A stretch of DNA of 64,000 nucleotides from Gammaproteobacteria bacterium (GCA_031363155.1 JANLTW010000160.1:4113-68112); one strand, 5' to 3'; shown: positions 38,050 through 48,383, counted from the first letter of the stretch. Notes: a model not told the origin generated them from the sequence alone. Numbers and translations are program-made.

Positions 38050-39665
38050 CAGAAACTCCGCTTGGTCTGCACCAGAATCTGCAGTTTATCAATAGACGGG
38101 TCGGCATTGAGCGGATACGCGAGATCGATATGCAGTACATTGCCCAGCGCCGAGCGGGCATTGCCGAGTCGCAGCCCGATGCCGGCGTCCGCCAGCCAAC
38201 CTTTGTTAGGCGTATTGGTGACGTCCTGCCCATAGACTCGGCCGACGTCAATGAACGCGGCCGCACCCACGTGCGCGAGGCGGAACAGGTACCAGTTGGT
38301 GTACAGGCGCTGCTCGACCGTCAGCAGCACACGACTCCTGCCGGACTGATAGCGCAGCGGATAGCCCCGCAGGCCGTCCTCACCACCCAGGATCAGGTCG
38401 CGATCGGCATCGCGGCGATCGGTCCAGTCGCCGCTCAGGCTGGCATAAAACGTCATGCGACGGCCGTTGCGCCGGTACAGGCGGGTATCGAAAGACCCCA
38501 GCACATTCTCGGCCTGGCCACTGCCAAAACGGCCGCTCAGGTTGCCATCGACAAAAATCTGCGACTTCTCGGACAGTCGCCAGCCGCGGTGGGCGCTAAA
38601 ACCCAGCAGCGCGGCGTCGCGATCGCTGCCCAGGGCGTCGGCCGCCACGCCGAGTTGCGCACTGAACAGTCTCCCGAACTGCTGGTCCTCGCTGCGCTGG
38701 ATCTGATCCAGGTTAGCGGCCACCACGAAATCATCCTCCAGCCATTCGACGCGTACATAGGGATACGCGAGGCGCCGGTTCTGCGGCACCGGCAAAGTGG
38801 CCAGCCCCGGGATGCTGGCGAACTGATTGTCGTCGTAACGCACACCCGCAATGGTTCGACGCACCCAGCTGTTGCGCAGCCCCTTGGACCAGCCGCCGAA
38901 TACGTCCGCGTAGCGGCGTTGCACGTCGTAGCGGTCGATGGCGGTGCCGAGCGAATAGCGATCGTGCTGGCTGTCTTCAGACGCCAGCGTGAACCCGGCG
39001 CTCCAGCGGGAATAAAGCGCAAAGAACGGCCGCTCCGCTGACAGGCGCAGAGTACGGCCGTCATCGGTGTCCGCAATCTCGATGACGTCGGTCCAGCGGG
39101 ACCCGAGCACGTTGGGGTCGGTCCAGCGCAGGTACTGCTTGCTGCGATCGACATCCTTGCGGTAGCCCAGCGACAGATGCTTGCCGTAACCTAACAAATT
39201 GTGATCTTCGATCTCAAAACCGGTGCGGTTCTTGCCGCCCGCCCGTCCAAATGAGACGCCGGGATTCAGCGTCCAGACATCGTGCGAATGGACTTCAATG
39301 TCGACCAACCCGTCGTGATAGGCAACCGCACGCACTTCGGGCTCGCGCAGGAAACGCAGGCGCCGCATGTTGCGCGCCGTCTCGTCGAGAAGCCGGCGCG
39401 AATAAAGATCGCCTTCGTTGAACAGCAGCTGTGCCCGCAGCGTCGACTCACGCGTTTCCACGTGCAGCCGATTCGCCGCCCGGTAAAGCGCCTTGTTCTC
39501 GCGCGGATCGTCCAGGTCGAAAATGTCGAGCGATACGATGCGAATGGACCCGATGCGGGCGCCGGCCGCTTCCAGTTCCGCGTCGGTCGGCATCGGGTTA
39601 TCGGCCCAGGCTGCCGGGGCGCTACACAACAACGCACCCAGACACACGGCCCAAAAATATTTCAT
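38049..39665 (-). CDS. Omp85 (BamA/TamA-like) outer-membrane protein
   Basis: The track ORF is trimmed to MKYFWAVCLGALLCSAPAAWA (a signal peptide). It has a POTRA-like N-terminus, a beta-barrel and a terminal ..VQTKRSF (C-terminal Phe). Confidence 0.75.
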   Translation of the reverse strand: MKYFWAVCLGALLCSAPAAWADNPMPTDAELEAAGARIGSIRIVSLDIFDLDDPRENKALYRAANRLHVETRESTLRAQLLFNEGDLYSRRLLDETARNMRRLRFLREPEVRAVAYHDGLVDIEVHSHDVWTLNPGVSFGRAGGKNRTGFEIEDHNLLGYGKHLSLGYRKDVDRSKQYLRWTDPNVLGSRWTDVIEIADTDDGRTLRLSAERPFFALYSRWSAGFTLASEDSQHDRYSLGTAIDRYDVQRRYADVFGGWSKGLRNSWVRRTIAGVRYDDNQFASIPGLATLPVPQNRRLAYPYVRVEWLEDDFVVAANLDQIQRSEDQQFGRLFSAQLGVAADALGSDRDAALLGFSAHRGWRLSEKSQIFVDGNLSGRFGSGQAENVLGSFDTRLYRRNGRRMTFYASLSGDWTDRRDADRDLILGGEDGLRGYPLRYQSGRSRVLLTVEQRLYTNWYLFRLAHVGAAAFIDVGRVYGQDVTNTPNKGWLADAGIGLRLGNARSALGNVLHIDLAYPLNADPSIDKLQILVQTKRSF

Positions 39666-39722
39666 CGCTGACTCTTGCAAAAGGATAACCAGTATAGACC
39701 GGCGAGCCGCCACAAAGTTGTA

Positions 39723-40724
39723 CTAACCAGCCGGTAATCCCAGCCATTCGTAGCCATCCGGCGCCCGGAACCGGCAGGCCGATTCGCCAAATTCGTCGCG
39801 CCCGGCACCTAACGACCGCGCGCCCAGACCCACGAGCCAGCCGCAGCCGGCATCGGCCGCGCCGAACCCCGCGTGCCGCAGGCTGTAGAGGTTGTAACCG
39901 TCGTCACCGGGCGCGGTCTGAAAGCCGGTACCGGCGCCAGGTTCCAGCACCAACGCGCGCAGCCGCCCGGGCAACTGACCGGGACCGGGCAGCGATGCCG
40001 GGTCGTCGAAGTCGTGCTCCACCAGGGCCTCGCCCGGATAGAGTGGCAACAATTGCGTGGCGACACTCTGCGGATCGTATTGCACGCGCCTTTGGCTCAT
40101 TGCCTTGAATCCCAGCCGCGAGTAGAACGAAAGTCTGCCGGCCTGGGCCGCGACAACCACGATACCCGCATGTGCAGCTTCACTGGCGCCTAACAAACTG
40201 GCCCGGTCCGGCGTGCCGTATCGCGGCACATCGATTCCGTGGCGCACCATCAGTACGTGGCGAAAATGCGCTGTCAGCACCGCATGATTGATCGAAGCCG
40301 AGCTGGCATCGACGCTGTGAATAACCGGCCCCGCGATGTTGGTGCCGGCGAGCGATTTCTGCAGATACCGCCCCCAAACCAATGCCGGCGTGATGTCATG
40401 GGTTCGGTGTACGGTCCAGCGGCTGCCCGCGGTTCGCAAGGGAGCTGATCCGAGACCCGGACCCGCGGCTTCGCTCCATTGCTGCAAACGAATCAGGCCG
40501 CTGCTGGCACCGCCGTGGCCCAGACGGGCCGCCTGCAGCGCGCGCTGCCGGCCATACAACGTGTGCGCCGCGTCGGCCTCCAGATGCCCCTGACTTACAA
40601 CCGCGTAACCGAAGGCGTGCCAATGCGCGATCGCAACCCTGAGGTCGGGCACGCCGACGATCACTTCATGTATGCCACCGTGCAATCCAGTTGCGTGCGA
40701 CCCCATGACCATGATGTATATCAT
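39723..40724 (-). CDS. Hypothetical protein, possibly with a VOC/glyoxalase-type fold
   Basis: 333-aa ORF with good coding appearance. The function guess is weak (IHEVIVGVPDLRVAIAHWHAFGY resembles a VOC beta-alpha-beta start). Confidence 0.4.
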   Translation of the reverse strand: MIYIMVMGSHATGLHGGIHEVIVGVPDLRVAIAHWHAFGYAVVSQGHLEADAAHTLYGRQRALQAARLGHGGASSGLIRLQQWSEAAGPGLGSAPLRTAGSRWTVHRTHDITPALVWGRYLQKSLAGTNIAGPVIHSVDASSASINHAVLTAHFRHVLMVRHGIDVPRYGTPDRASLLGASEAAHAGIVVVAAQAGRLSFYSRLGFKAMSQRRVQYDPQSVATQLLPLYPGEALVEHDFDDPASLPGPGQLPGRLRALVLEPGAGTGFQTAPGDDGYNLYSLRHAGFGAADAGCGWLVGLGARSLGAGRDEFGESACRFRAPDGYEWLGLPAG

Positions 40725-40729
40725 GCGGC

Positions 40730-41746
40730 ATGGAATCGAGCGCGCCGCACCCGGACTTTATCCGCGCCAGTGAAGCCGTCGCCGTCGGCCACTCGATCCT
40801 GCAGGCCGCATCGCTGGGCGCGCTGGTTGCCAAATACTGGTCACTGGAGCCACCGCAGCAGGTCGAACTGCTCCAGCATGGGCAAAATGACTGGTACCGG
40901 CTCCGCGCTGCTAACAAGTTGCACGCCATCCGGGTACTCAAGAGCGGACTGCGTACGCCCGCGCAGCTGCGTGACGAGATCGACTGGTCCGCGGCGCTGG
41001 CTGCGGCTGGAATTGCGACAGCGGCTGCCGTGCGCACCCGGCGTGGCGCGATCGGCCTGGAAATTTTGGCGCTGGAAGGTCCACGCATGATCTGCGTCTA
41101 TCCGTGGATTGAGGGGCGGACTCTTGGACCGAATCTCGAAATTGAGGACGCGCGTGCCGCTGGCCGGCTGCTGGCCGCGATTCACAGCTGCGGCGCCGGC
41201 CTGCCCGCCACCGCACGCCGCCACCGCCTCGGCGAGAAACTGGCGCGCACCGCACCGGCGCTGGACGCCGCGTTAGGCGACGCGCACGAAAAAAGCATCG
41301 TGGCCGCGGTTCGTGCCGGCATTGCTGGCGTTCTCGCACAGGAACGCGAATTGCCGGCCGGGTCACTGCACGGCGATCTGCATTTCGGCAATCTGCGCCG
41401 CGGCGCCGACGGCAGGCTGTACGCGCTCGATTTTGACGATTGCGGCCTGGGCGCGTTGTGCGTCGACCTGACGCCCTTCATCTGGCGCAGTCGCAGCGAA
41501 GGTCTCGATCCGTCGCTCGACCACGCTTTCCTCGCCGGCTATCAGGCACTGCGGCCACTGAGCGCGCCGGAACAGCAGGCGCTGCCCGCGTTGCTCGCGG
41601 CGCGCGCGCTCTATTTGGCCAGCGTGTTAGCCCGTGACCGCAACATCCTCGGCAAAGTGCCCGGGTTCGAGCGCCCCTGGCAGCACTACCTGCAACTGGC
41701 GGCGGGATTCCTCAGGTCTGGTACAGCGCCAGGTGCTCGCGGATAA
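40730..41746 (+). CDS. APH / homoserine-kinase-type-II family phosphotransferase
   Basis: 338-aa ORF with SLHGDLHFGNLRR and LYALDFDDCG. Confidence 0.75.
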   Translation: MESSAPHPDFIRASEAVAVGHSILQAASLGALVAKYWSLEPPQQVELLQHGQNDWYRLRAANKLHAIRVLKSGLRTPAQLRDEIDWSAALAAAGIATAAAVRTRRGAIGLEILALEGPRMICVYPWIEGRTLGPNLEIEDARAAGRLLAAIHSCGAGLPATARRHRLGEKLARTAPALDAALGDAHEKSIVAAVRAGIAGVLAQERELPAGSLHGDLHFGNLRRGADGRLYALDFDDCGLGALCVDLTPFIWRSRSEGLDPSLDHAFLAGYQALRPLSAPEQQALPALLAARALYLASVLARDRNILGKVPGFERPWQHYLQLAAGFLRSGTAPGARG

Positions 41747-42572
41747 AGCCTTCCAGCGATAACGGTTCGCGGCCACTCACCTGCTGGAAAGTGTCCGTGA
41801 TTTTCACCGAGTAACCGTTGGCGATTTCCGCAAAAATGTCGCACACCGCGTTCAGATGCCACGCGCTGGTGACGAACTTGCCGAGAAACGCCTTATAGGC
41901 CACCGGGTCCTGGGGGACATAGGTGATTTTCCGGCCTAACACCTTCGAGAATACTTCCGCGACCTGGTGAAATGTCATTTTGTCGCGGCTGGTGATGTCA
42001 TAGCTTTTGTTAGCATGGCCATCGGTCGCGAGCACGTGGCCAGCAAACCAGCCGGCATCGCGCGAATCGATCAGCGCCGCCGCGCCCTGCTCGCCAAACG
42101 GGAAATAGAATTTGCCGTCGGACTTGATACTGGCGCCGCTGCCGAGAAAATTCTGCATGTAGAAAGTCGGCCGCACCATCGTCCAGGCGACGGCCTTGGA
42201 GCGGATATGCTCTTCCGACTGCCAGTGAGTCTGATGCACGGGATTGTGCATATGCGCCGCCGCTTCGACCGATGATATCTTGACCACGTGCCGGGCGCCC
42301 GCGGCCACAGCCGCATCGACAATCGCTTTCTCGCGGCGCAGCTGTGCTTCGCCATTTGGCAGGCACACCAGCACCCCGGTGACGCCCTGCATCGCCGCCG
42401 CCAGCGCCGCCGCGTCATCGACATCGCCTAACGCCAAGTGCACGCCTGCAGCCTGCAGCTTGGTGGCCTTGTCGGCTTTTCGCACCAGCGCCCGCACCGG
42501 GATCCTGCGCGCGGCGAGTTCCAGCGCCGCACTGGCACCGGTACGCCCGGTAGCACCTGTTACTACGATCAT
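41712..42572 (-). CDS. NmrA-family NAD(P)-binding protein
   Basis: 286-aa ORF with MIVVTGATGRTGASAALELAARRIPVRALVR. Confidence 0.8.
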   Translation of the reverse strand: MIVVTGATGRTGASAALELAARRIPVRALVRKADKATKLQAAGVHLALGDVDDAAALAAAMQGVTGVLVCLPNGEAQLRREKAIVDAAVAAGARHVVKISSVEAAAHMHNPVHQTHWQSEEHIRSKAVAWTMVRPTFYMQNFLGSGASIKSDGKFYFPFGEQGAAALIDSRDAGWFAGHVLATDGHANKSYDITSRDKMTFHQVAEVFSKVLGRKITYVPQDPVAYKAFLGKFVTSAWHLNAVCDIFAEIANGYSVKITDTFQQVSGREPLSLEGFIREHLALYQT

Positions 42573-42573
42573 G

Positions 42574-43524
42574 TTAGCCCTGCTCCCCTTGATATTCGAC
42601 GACGCCGGCGAGTGCCTTGACGGCGCCGGTTTGAATGCTGCCCAGCTTGTGGCCGGTCGTGAGATCGATCTTGGCTACTTCGCCGGTAAAAAAGCTCGCG
42701 ACGAACGCGTAACTGCCGTCCCGGGCGAGATCCAGCACCGCCCAGCCAAAACCTTCCAGCGGAATCTGTCGCGTGGTGGCGCCCGATTTTTCATCCACTA
42801 CGTGGATGGAGCCACCGCGCAATACGTACAGCGCACCATCCGGGCCGTAGTCCATCCCGAAAAACATCGGCGGCGGGCCGGGTGGAAACGGCGGCTGGAT
42901 GTTCTGGATATCAGGCAGCTGTCGGTCGTTAGCCAGATCGTAGTGCAGCAGGCGCGGGCCGGTTTCGCTGCAATAGACCAGGCGTTTGCCGTCGGCAGTC
43001 AGCGCCGACATCGTCACGCCCAGAAACCCGCCCATGCCGCCGTGGGTCTGGGTCGCATATTCCTTCTGCAATTTCCCGGTCGCGTCGAACTTGAACACAT
43101 GGCCGTCGCCAAAGCGTTCGCTGCCCGGCATCCTGGAGATATAGGTTTTCATGCGCGCCTGGATTTCAGGCTTGATGCTGTCGCCAACCACGTGCTCGCC
43201 GAGATACAGTGAATCATCCGCTGCGAAGCTCACATGTGAAAATGCGCGCGGCGGAAAATCACGGACCACGACCCGGCCGTCGCGATGCAGGTTGAGCACC
43301 ACATGATCGTGACTGTCAAACGCCCACAGCACGCCGTGGCGGTCGAACTTGAGCCCGCCAACCAGATGTGACGTCTGGGTCAGGCTGACATCCGCTTTGA
43401 GCGCGCGATCCGCGCCGTACTGGCGGATATGAGCGATACCCGCATGATCGTCCGCCGGATTGTTGAGATCCGTCACCGCAATGAAAATGTCGCCGCTCAC
43501 CCACGGCTTGAATCCTGTACTCAT
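42574..43524 (-). CDS. Hypothetical protein, probable beta-propeller
   Basis: 316-aa ORF with repetitive beta-strand-like segments (G..Y../DG.LY). I recognised no catalytic motif. Confidence 0.4.
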   Translation of the reverse strand: MSTGFKPWVSGDIFIAVTDLNNPADDHAGIAHIRQYGADRALKADVSLTQTSHLVGGLKFDRHGVLWAFDSHDHVVLNLHRDGRVVVRDFPPRAFSHVSFAADDSLYLGEHVVGDSIKPEIQARMKTYISRMPGSERFGDGHVFKFDATGKLQKEYATQTHGGMGGFLGVTMSALTADGKRLVYCSETGPRLLHYDLANDRQLPDIQNIQPPFPPGPPPMFFGMDYGPDGALYVLRGGSIHVVDEKSGATTRQIPLEGFGWAVLDLARDGSYAFVASFFTGEVAKIDLTTGHKLGSIQTGAVKALAGVVEYQGEQG

Positions 43525-44357
43525 GCTTGCACCTTTAATCCATAACGCGACAGCACATCGCGTTTACTGAACAACATCGACAATCCGCGCTTGAGCATGC
43601 GACCGCCGGTCAGCCAGGTGATCGCCTGACCCTGCTTGTTGTTAGCCAGGAGCCGCTCAACGATATAGGCGGTCGTTGTCTCAACATGGTCACCGATGAA
43701 ATTGAGCTGCTTGAGCGCCTTGTTGCGCATGGCCGGCGTCAGCTCGGCGAATTCGCGCAACATGCCCTCGGTAATGTTGACTCCCGGACTGATGGTTCCC
43801 ACCAGAATCCGGTCGTTGCCGGCTTCGCGCAATTCTTTCACCAGCGTGTCAGCAAAATATTTGACCGCGCGCTTGGTGGTGGAATAGACCGACATGCCCG
43901 GCACCACGCGGCCACCTGCACCCCCGCCACCTAACGTCAGGTAAAGTTTTCCTGAACCCTGCTTTTTGAAGCCGGCGATTGCGACCTGGGAGGCCTTGAT
44001 GCTGCCGATCACGTTGGCGCGGACCATGGCCTCAATTTCGGCCGGCGTGTTGTCGACGAACCGCGCTCCGGTGCGCGCATAGCCGGCGTTATTGATGAAA
44101 ATATCGACCCGGCCGAAACGACTGAGGGCGCGGTCCCACAGCGCCTGCAGCGCCGCCAGATCCGAGGTGTCGCAGGCTGCGCCATCGACACGCTCACCGG
44201 CCTGGCACTGCGCCTGCAGTTTGGCGACGGCCTCGGCAACCCGCACTGCGTCGCGGCCACAGATCAACACGCGATGACCGCGCTGCAGCAGCTCGCGCGC
44301 ATAGCCATAGCCTATGCCCTGGGTAGCGCCGGTAATGACAACGCTCAGCTCGCCCAA
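43521..44357 (-). CDS. Short-chain dehydrogenase/reductase (SDR)
   Basis: VVITGATQGIGYGYA, NNAG and YSTTKRAVK are present. Confidence 0.85.
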   Translation of the reverse strand: MGELSVVITGATQGIGYGYARELLQRGHRVLICGRDAVRVAEAVAKLQAQCQAGERVDGAACDTSDLAALQALWDRALSRFGRVDIFINNAGYARTGARFVDNTPAEIEAMVRANVIGSIKASQVAIAGFKKQGSGKLYLTLGGGGAGGRVVPGMSVYSTTKRAVKYFADTLVKELREAGNDRILVGTISPGVNITEGMLREFAELTPAMRNKALKQLNFIGDHVETTTAYIVERLLANNKQGQAITWLTGGRMLKRGLSMLFSKRDVLSRYGLKVQA

Positions 44358-44494
44358 AGATCAGCCCTCACGAAAAGGTGCACAAGGATACGGGGCGCCA
44401 CCCGGCGCCGAGATACCAGCGTCGCTGCGACCGCTGATTGGACGTTGGCGACTCGCGCGCCGGCCCAAGCAAGGCCAGCGCCTAGCATCGCGGC

Positions 44495-45316
44495 ATGGAC
44501 AAGCAGAAACGGATCGTGGTGACGGGCAGCACGCGCGGCATCGGTAACGGCATGGCGGCCGAATTCCTGCGCCGCGGCCATGCAGTCGCAATCTCCGGCC
44601 GCAGCCAGGCGGCGGTGGACCAGGCCCTAACAGACTTGCGCCCGCTAACGGTGCACAGCGGCAAATTGCATGGCGTGGCCTGTGAAGTCTCGAGCCGCGA
44701 CCAGGTGCAGCATCTCTGGGATGACAGTGTCCGCGCCTTCGGCGGCGTCGATATCTGGATCAATAACGCCGGTGTCTCGCATCCGCGGCAGCGCGGCGGC
44801 GAATTGCGCGACGACGATATCGAACGCGTCGCGACCACCAACATACTGGGCATGATGTGGGGCACCCAGGTGGCGATGCAGGGTATGGCAGCCCAGACCG
44901 ATGGCGGCTACATCTACAACATGGAAGGTTATGGCTCCAACGGCATGATCAACCCGGGGATGGGTCTGTATGGGGCGAGCAAATTCGCGCTGACCTATTT
45001 CAACAAATGCCTGCTGGCGGAAGCCGGCAACAGCAAAGTGCGCATCTGTTACCTCAGTCCAGGTATCGTGCTAACAGATTTGCTGAAACGGGACATGGGC
45101 AGCAACAACCCCAGGGATTGGGAGCGCACCAAGCGGATCTACAACATCCTCGCGGATCGCGTCGATACCGTGACGCCGTGGCTCGCGCAACAGGTGTTGC
45201 TGAACAGCCGCGCGGGTGCACGCGTCGCCTGGCTGACCGGCGGTAAAGCGGCGGGCCGCTTCTTCATGTCGCTGTTCCGCAAGCGTCAGATCGTAACCGA
45301 CGCCGATCTCGCGTGA
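44495..45316 (+). CDS. Short-chain dehydrogenase/reductase (SDR), paralogue of 43521..44357
   Basis: VVTGSTRGIGNGMA, NNAG and YGASKFALT are present. The C-terminal AWLTGGKAAGRFFMSLFRKRQIV parallels ITWLTGGRMLKRGLSMLFSKRDVL of its neighbour. Confidence 0.85.
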   Translation: MDKQKRIVVTGSTRGIGNGMAAEFLRRGHAVAISGRSQAAVDQALTDLRPLTVHSGKLHGVACEVSSRDQVQHLWDDSVRAFGGVDIWINNAGVSHPRQRGGELRDDDIERVATTNILGMMWGTQVAMQGMAAQTDGGYIYNMEGYGSNGMINPGMGLYGASKFALTYFNKCLLAEAGNSKVRICYLSPGIVLTDLLKRDMGSNNPRDWERTKRIYNILADRVDTVTPWLAQQVLLNSRAGARVAWLTGGKAAGRFFMSLFRKRQIVTDADLA

Positions 45317-46233
45317 CCAGCCGGCGCGGTTTTCTCGGCGCCGGCGTGGCACTTGGCGGTGCCGGCCTGCTAACACCTGGCGCTGCGGCGACGCGGCCAC
45401 GCAGTCCACCGGGCGCGCGGCAGCATCGACTCTACGTGCCGGGCCCATATGGCCAGATTCACCTGACCATCACCGAGCCATTGACCCGCCGACCTAAAGC
45501 GCCAGCGGTCGTTTGTTTGCCCATGGCGCCGCGTTCCGGACGCGATTTCGACGAATTCGCGCTGGCGCTTGCGGATCAGCGGCTGGTGATTGCACCGGAC
45601 GTGCCGGGCTTTGGCGGTTCGGACGCGCCGCCCGCCCCTCCCGGCATCCAGGACTATGCGGCAGCGATCCTCGCAGGACTGGACGCTCTGTTAGATCGAA
45701 GCACCCGGTCCGCAGGCCTGGACTTCGTCGGACAACACACCGGCGCCGCGATTGCGGTTGCGGCGGCAATCCAATCGCCGGTCCGTGTCCGGCGTATCGC
45801 AGCGATTGGCATGCCGCTCTTTGAACCGGCCGAGCTTGAGCGGCTGCGCACGCAATTTGCGAAGCCGCGGCCGTATTTTACCGACCGCCAGTTCCTGTGT
45901 TCGGCCTGGGAACGCGACGCTGCAGCCATCCCGGCCGGTTTGTCACCGGAACGGATGCTGCTGCGATTTACCGAGATCATGCGCGCCGGGGTGCGCTCGC
46001 ATTGGGGCTTCGCTGCCGTCTTCAATTACGACATGGCTCTGGCACTGACCCGGCTGTCGCGGCCTTTGTTAGCGATCGTGCTCAACGAAAACCTTGCAGT
46101 TGCCAGCCGCAGGGCGGCGCAACTGGCGCCTGACGGCAAGGTCGTGGAACTGCCGGACCTGCCTGGCTCGGCCATGGACTTCGCCAGTCAGCGGCTGGCG
46201 AATATCTGTCGCGAATTTTTCGCCGCCGCCTGA
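45313..46233 (+). CDS. Alpha/beta-hydrolase with a Tat-type signal peptide
   Basis: MTSRRGFLGAGVALGGAGLL is a twin-arginine motif. The nucleophile elbow resembles GQHTG. Confidence 0.65.
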   Translation: MTSRRGFLGAGVALGGAGLLTPGAAATRPRSPPGARQHRLYVPGPYGQIHLTITEPLTRRPKAPAVVCLPMAPRSGRDFDEFALALADQRLVIAPDVPGFGGSDAPPAPPGIQDYAAAILAGLDALLDRSTRSAGLDFVGQHTGAAIAVAAAIQSPVRVRRIAAIGMPLFEPAELERLRTQFAKPRPYFTDRQFLCSAWERDAAAIPAGLSPERMLLRFTEIMRAGVRSHWGFAAVFNYDMALALTRLSRPLLAIVLNENLAVASRRAAQLAPDGKVVELPDLPGSAMDFASQRLANICREFFAAA

Positions 46234-46240
46234 ACGCGCC

Positions 46241-47053
46241 TCACCAGGGCTGCACTTCGCCGTTGTAACGAATAAAGGTGCCGGTCTGCGCCAGCGTCAA
46301 GCCGTCGATTACCTTGACCAAGCCACCGACGCTGACACCGATGTCCACGGTACCGGGCATGCGGATGCCGCGCGCCGCGTAACCGTGCGTATCAACCTGG
46401 CCCGGCGATAAACAGGCGACGATAAAGCCTTTCGGTTTCAAGTCATTGGCCAGGGTCAGCATCAGCATGTTGAGCGCCGCCTTGCTCGACTTGTACCAGT
46501 ACCCGCCCGGCATGCCGCCGCCATTCGCGCCCATGGAGCCGGCTAACGACGACACGGCCAGGATTTTCTTCTGCTGTCCCGCCTGCATGTTAGGGAACAG
46601 CGCTTCGGCAACGCGGATCGGGCCGTGCGCATTCAGTTCCATCGCGTAGCTGAAACGATCGTGCGCCAGCTTGCCAAACGACTGACCACGAAACTCATCG
46701 GTGTCGCCGGCGTTGTTGATCAGGATGTCGATCGGCTGGCCCTTGAGGCGCTCGGCGAGCGCAGCAATGCTGGCCGCATCGACGACATCCAGCGTTTCGA
46801 GGCGCACATTCTTCGAGCTGGTCGCCAATACATTCAGGTCTTTGGATTCCGCCGGTTTGCGTGCGGTGGCAATCACCTGGTAACCGCGTTCTGCATACAC
46901 ACGCACCAGCTCAAAGCCGATGCCGCGCGACGATCCGGTGACTAACACGGTCGGCATCGCAACGTCAGCGGCCAGCAACGCACCGGGCAGGAACCAGACT
47001 ACTGACGCCAGCAGCAGTTGTCGGACCAATCGAGCAGTAATCGCAGTCTTCAT
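46241..47053 (-). CDS. Short-chain dehydrogenase/reductase with an N-terminal signal/anchor
   Basis: The track ORF is trimmed to MKTAITARL... It has VLVTGSSRGIGFEL, NNAG and YKSSKAALN. Confidence 0.8.
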   Translation of the reverse strand: MKTAITARLVRQLLLASVVWFLPGALLAADVAMPTVLVTGSSRGIGFELVRVYAERGYQVIATARKPAESKDLNVLATSSKNVRLETLDVVDAASIAALAERLKGQPIDILINNAGDTDEFRGQSFGKLAHDRFSYAMELNAHGPIRVAEALFPNMQAGQQKKILAVSSLAGSMGANGGGMPGGYWYKSSKAALNMLMLTLANDLKPKGFIVACLSPGQVDTHGYAARGIRMPGTVDIGVSVGGLVKVIDGLTLAQTGTFIRYNGEVQPW

Positions 47054-47063
47054 GATTTTTCCC

Positions 47064-48275
47064 TCAGGTGGTAGCGGTCCGCGCGACGCGCTGGGCTCTG
47101 GCGCGTAACAGGAAGATCCCGCCAACGACAGTCAGTATCGCAGAAATCAGGTATGGCGCCCCCGGCCCCAGGTGACGATAACTCTCACCTGCATAGGCCG
47201 GACCTAACACACGGCCCGCGCTGGAGCCGGCATTGAAAACGCCCATCACTGCGCCCCGATTCGTGGCTGCGGCCTCGAACGACACGAGACTCGTGACCGA
47301 GGGCGTGAAAATGCCGAGGCCCAGACCAAGGACAATCAGCGCCACCCAGGTGGCAACAAGACTGTGCGCCAGCGCGAACAGCACCAGGCCAACCGCAACA
47401 CCCGCGACCGCCAGCAAGGCGACACTCTTCTCGCCCATGCGTTTGACCAGAATCCCGGTCAAGACCGCCTGACCAAACGCCGAGCAGCAGGCGAAAACGC
47501 CGAAATGCGCGCCAATCGCATTCAGCTGCAGCAGGAAAATGTCCCGGGCCCAGATCGGGTAGATCGATTGCATCGCTGCGCCGCCGCAGCTGACAGCCAG
47601 TGCGGCAAAACTCAATCCTGCGAGCACCGGTTTCTTACCTAACAACGCAAACGGAGACGCCGATTCCCGCACGCCTGATGCGGTCACCATGGCCTTGCGC
47701 TGCGCGCGCACCTCCGCCGGCAGGCTCTCTTTCAGGAAAAACATGGCGCCCACAATTGCGACAATTGTCAGGGCCGCGGCTGTCAGGCCCGGCGCGAACA
47801 AGGTCGCGGTGCCATCCGGCATCCTGCCAAGCTGGCCCCCGAGAACCGGGCCTGCGGCAAATCCCAGGCCGAACGCGGAACTGATGATTCCGAGATAGCG
47901 CGCGCGGTTGCCAGGTTCGGTAATGTCGGACACATAGGCGAAGGCCGCCGACAGGTTGCCGGACATGAGTCCGGCGAACGCGCGGGCCGCAATCAGCACG
48001 ATCAGTCCGTCGGCGTACGCGGTCCACACATAGGCCAGGAATGCGCCGATCAGGCTAACAATCAACACCGGCTTGCGCCCGATCTGGTCGCTCAGGCGGC
48101 CCCACAATGGCGTTGCCACCAGTTGGAACAGCGAGAAAACCCCGGAACTGCCCCAGGTGATCCAGAACGGCGAGGCGTGAAACTGTTCCGCAACGATCGG
48201 AAATGGCACCGCCGTAATGCCGAATCCCATCAGGCTGATGAAGACCACCAGCCACAACACCAGCAACTTCGCCAT
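47064..48275 (-). CDS. MFS transporter
   Basis: 403-aa ORF with about 12 TM helices and motif A (GRLSDQIGRKP). Confidence 0.85.
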   Translation of the reverse strand: MAKLLVLWLVVFISLMGFGITAVPFPIVAEQFHASPFWITWGSSGVFSLFQLVATPLWGRLSDQIGRKPVLIVSLIGAFLAYVWTAYADGLIVLIAARAFAGLMSGNLSAAFAYVSDITEPGNRARYLGIISSAFGLGFAAGPVLGGQLGRMPDGTATLFAPGLTAAALTIVAIVGAMFFLKESLPAEVRAQRKAMVTASGVRESASPFALLGKKPVLAGLSFAALAVSCGGAAMQSIYPIWARDIFLLQLNAIGAHFGVFACCSAFGQAVLTGILVKRMGEKSVALLAVAGVAVGLVLFALAHSLVATWVALIVLGLGLGIFTPSVTSLVSFEAAATNRGAVMGVFNAGSSAGRVLGPAYAGESYRHLGPGAPYLISAILTVVGGIFLLRARAQRVARTATT

Positions 48276-48383
48276 GGCGATTGCGATCCTCGGCCAGAGC
48301 CCGGCCTGCGAAAGGGCTGCATTGTGCGCGAGCCATGTGCCGGCCTGGACGACGTGCGCCGGCCCAACCGCGCACCGGTCGGC

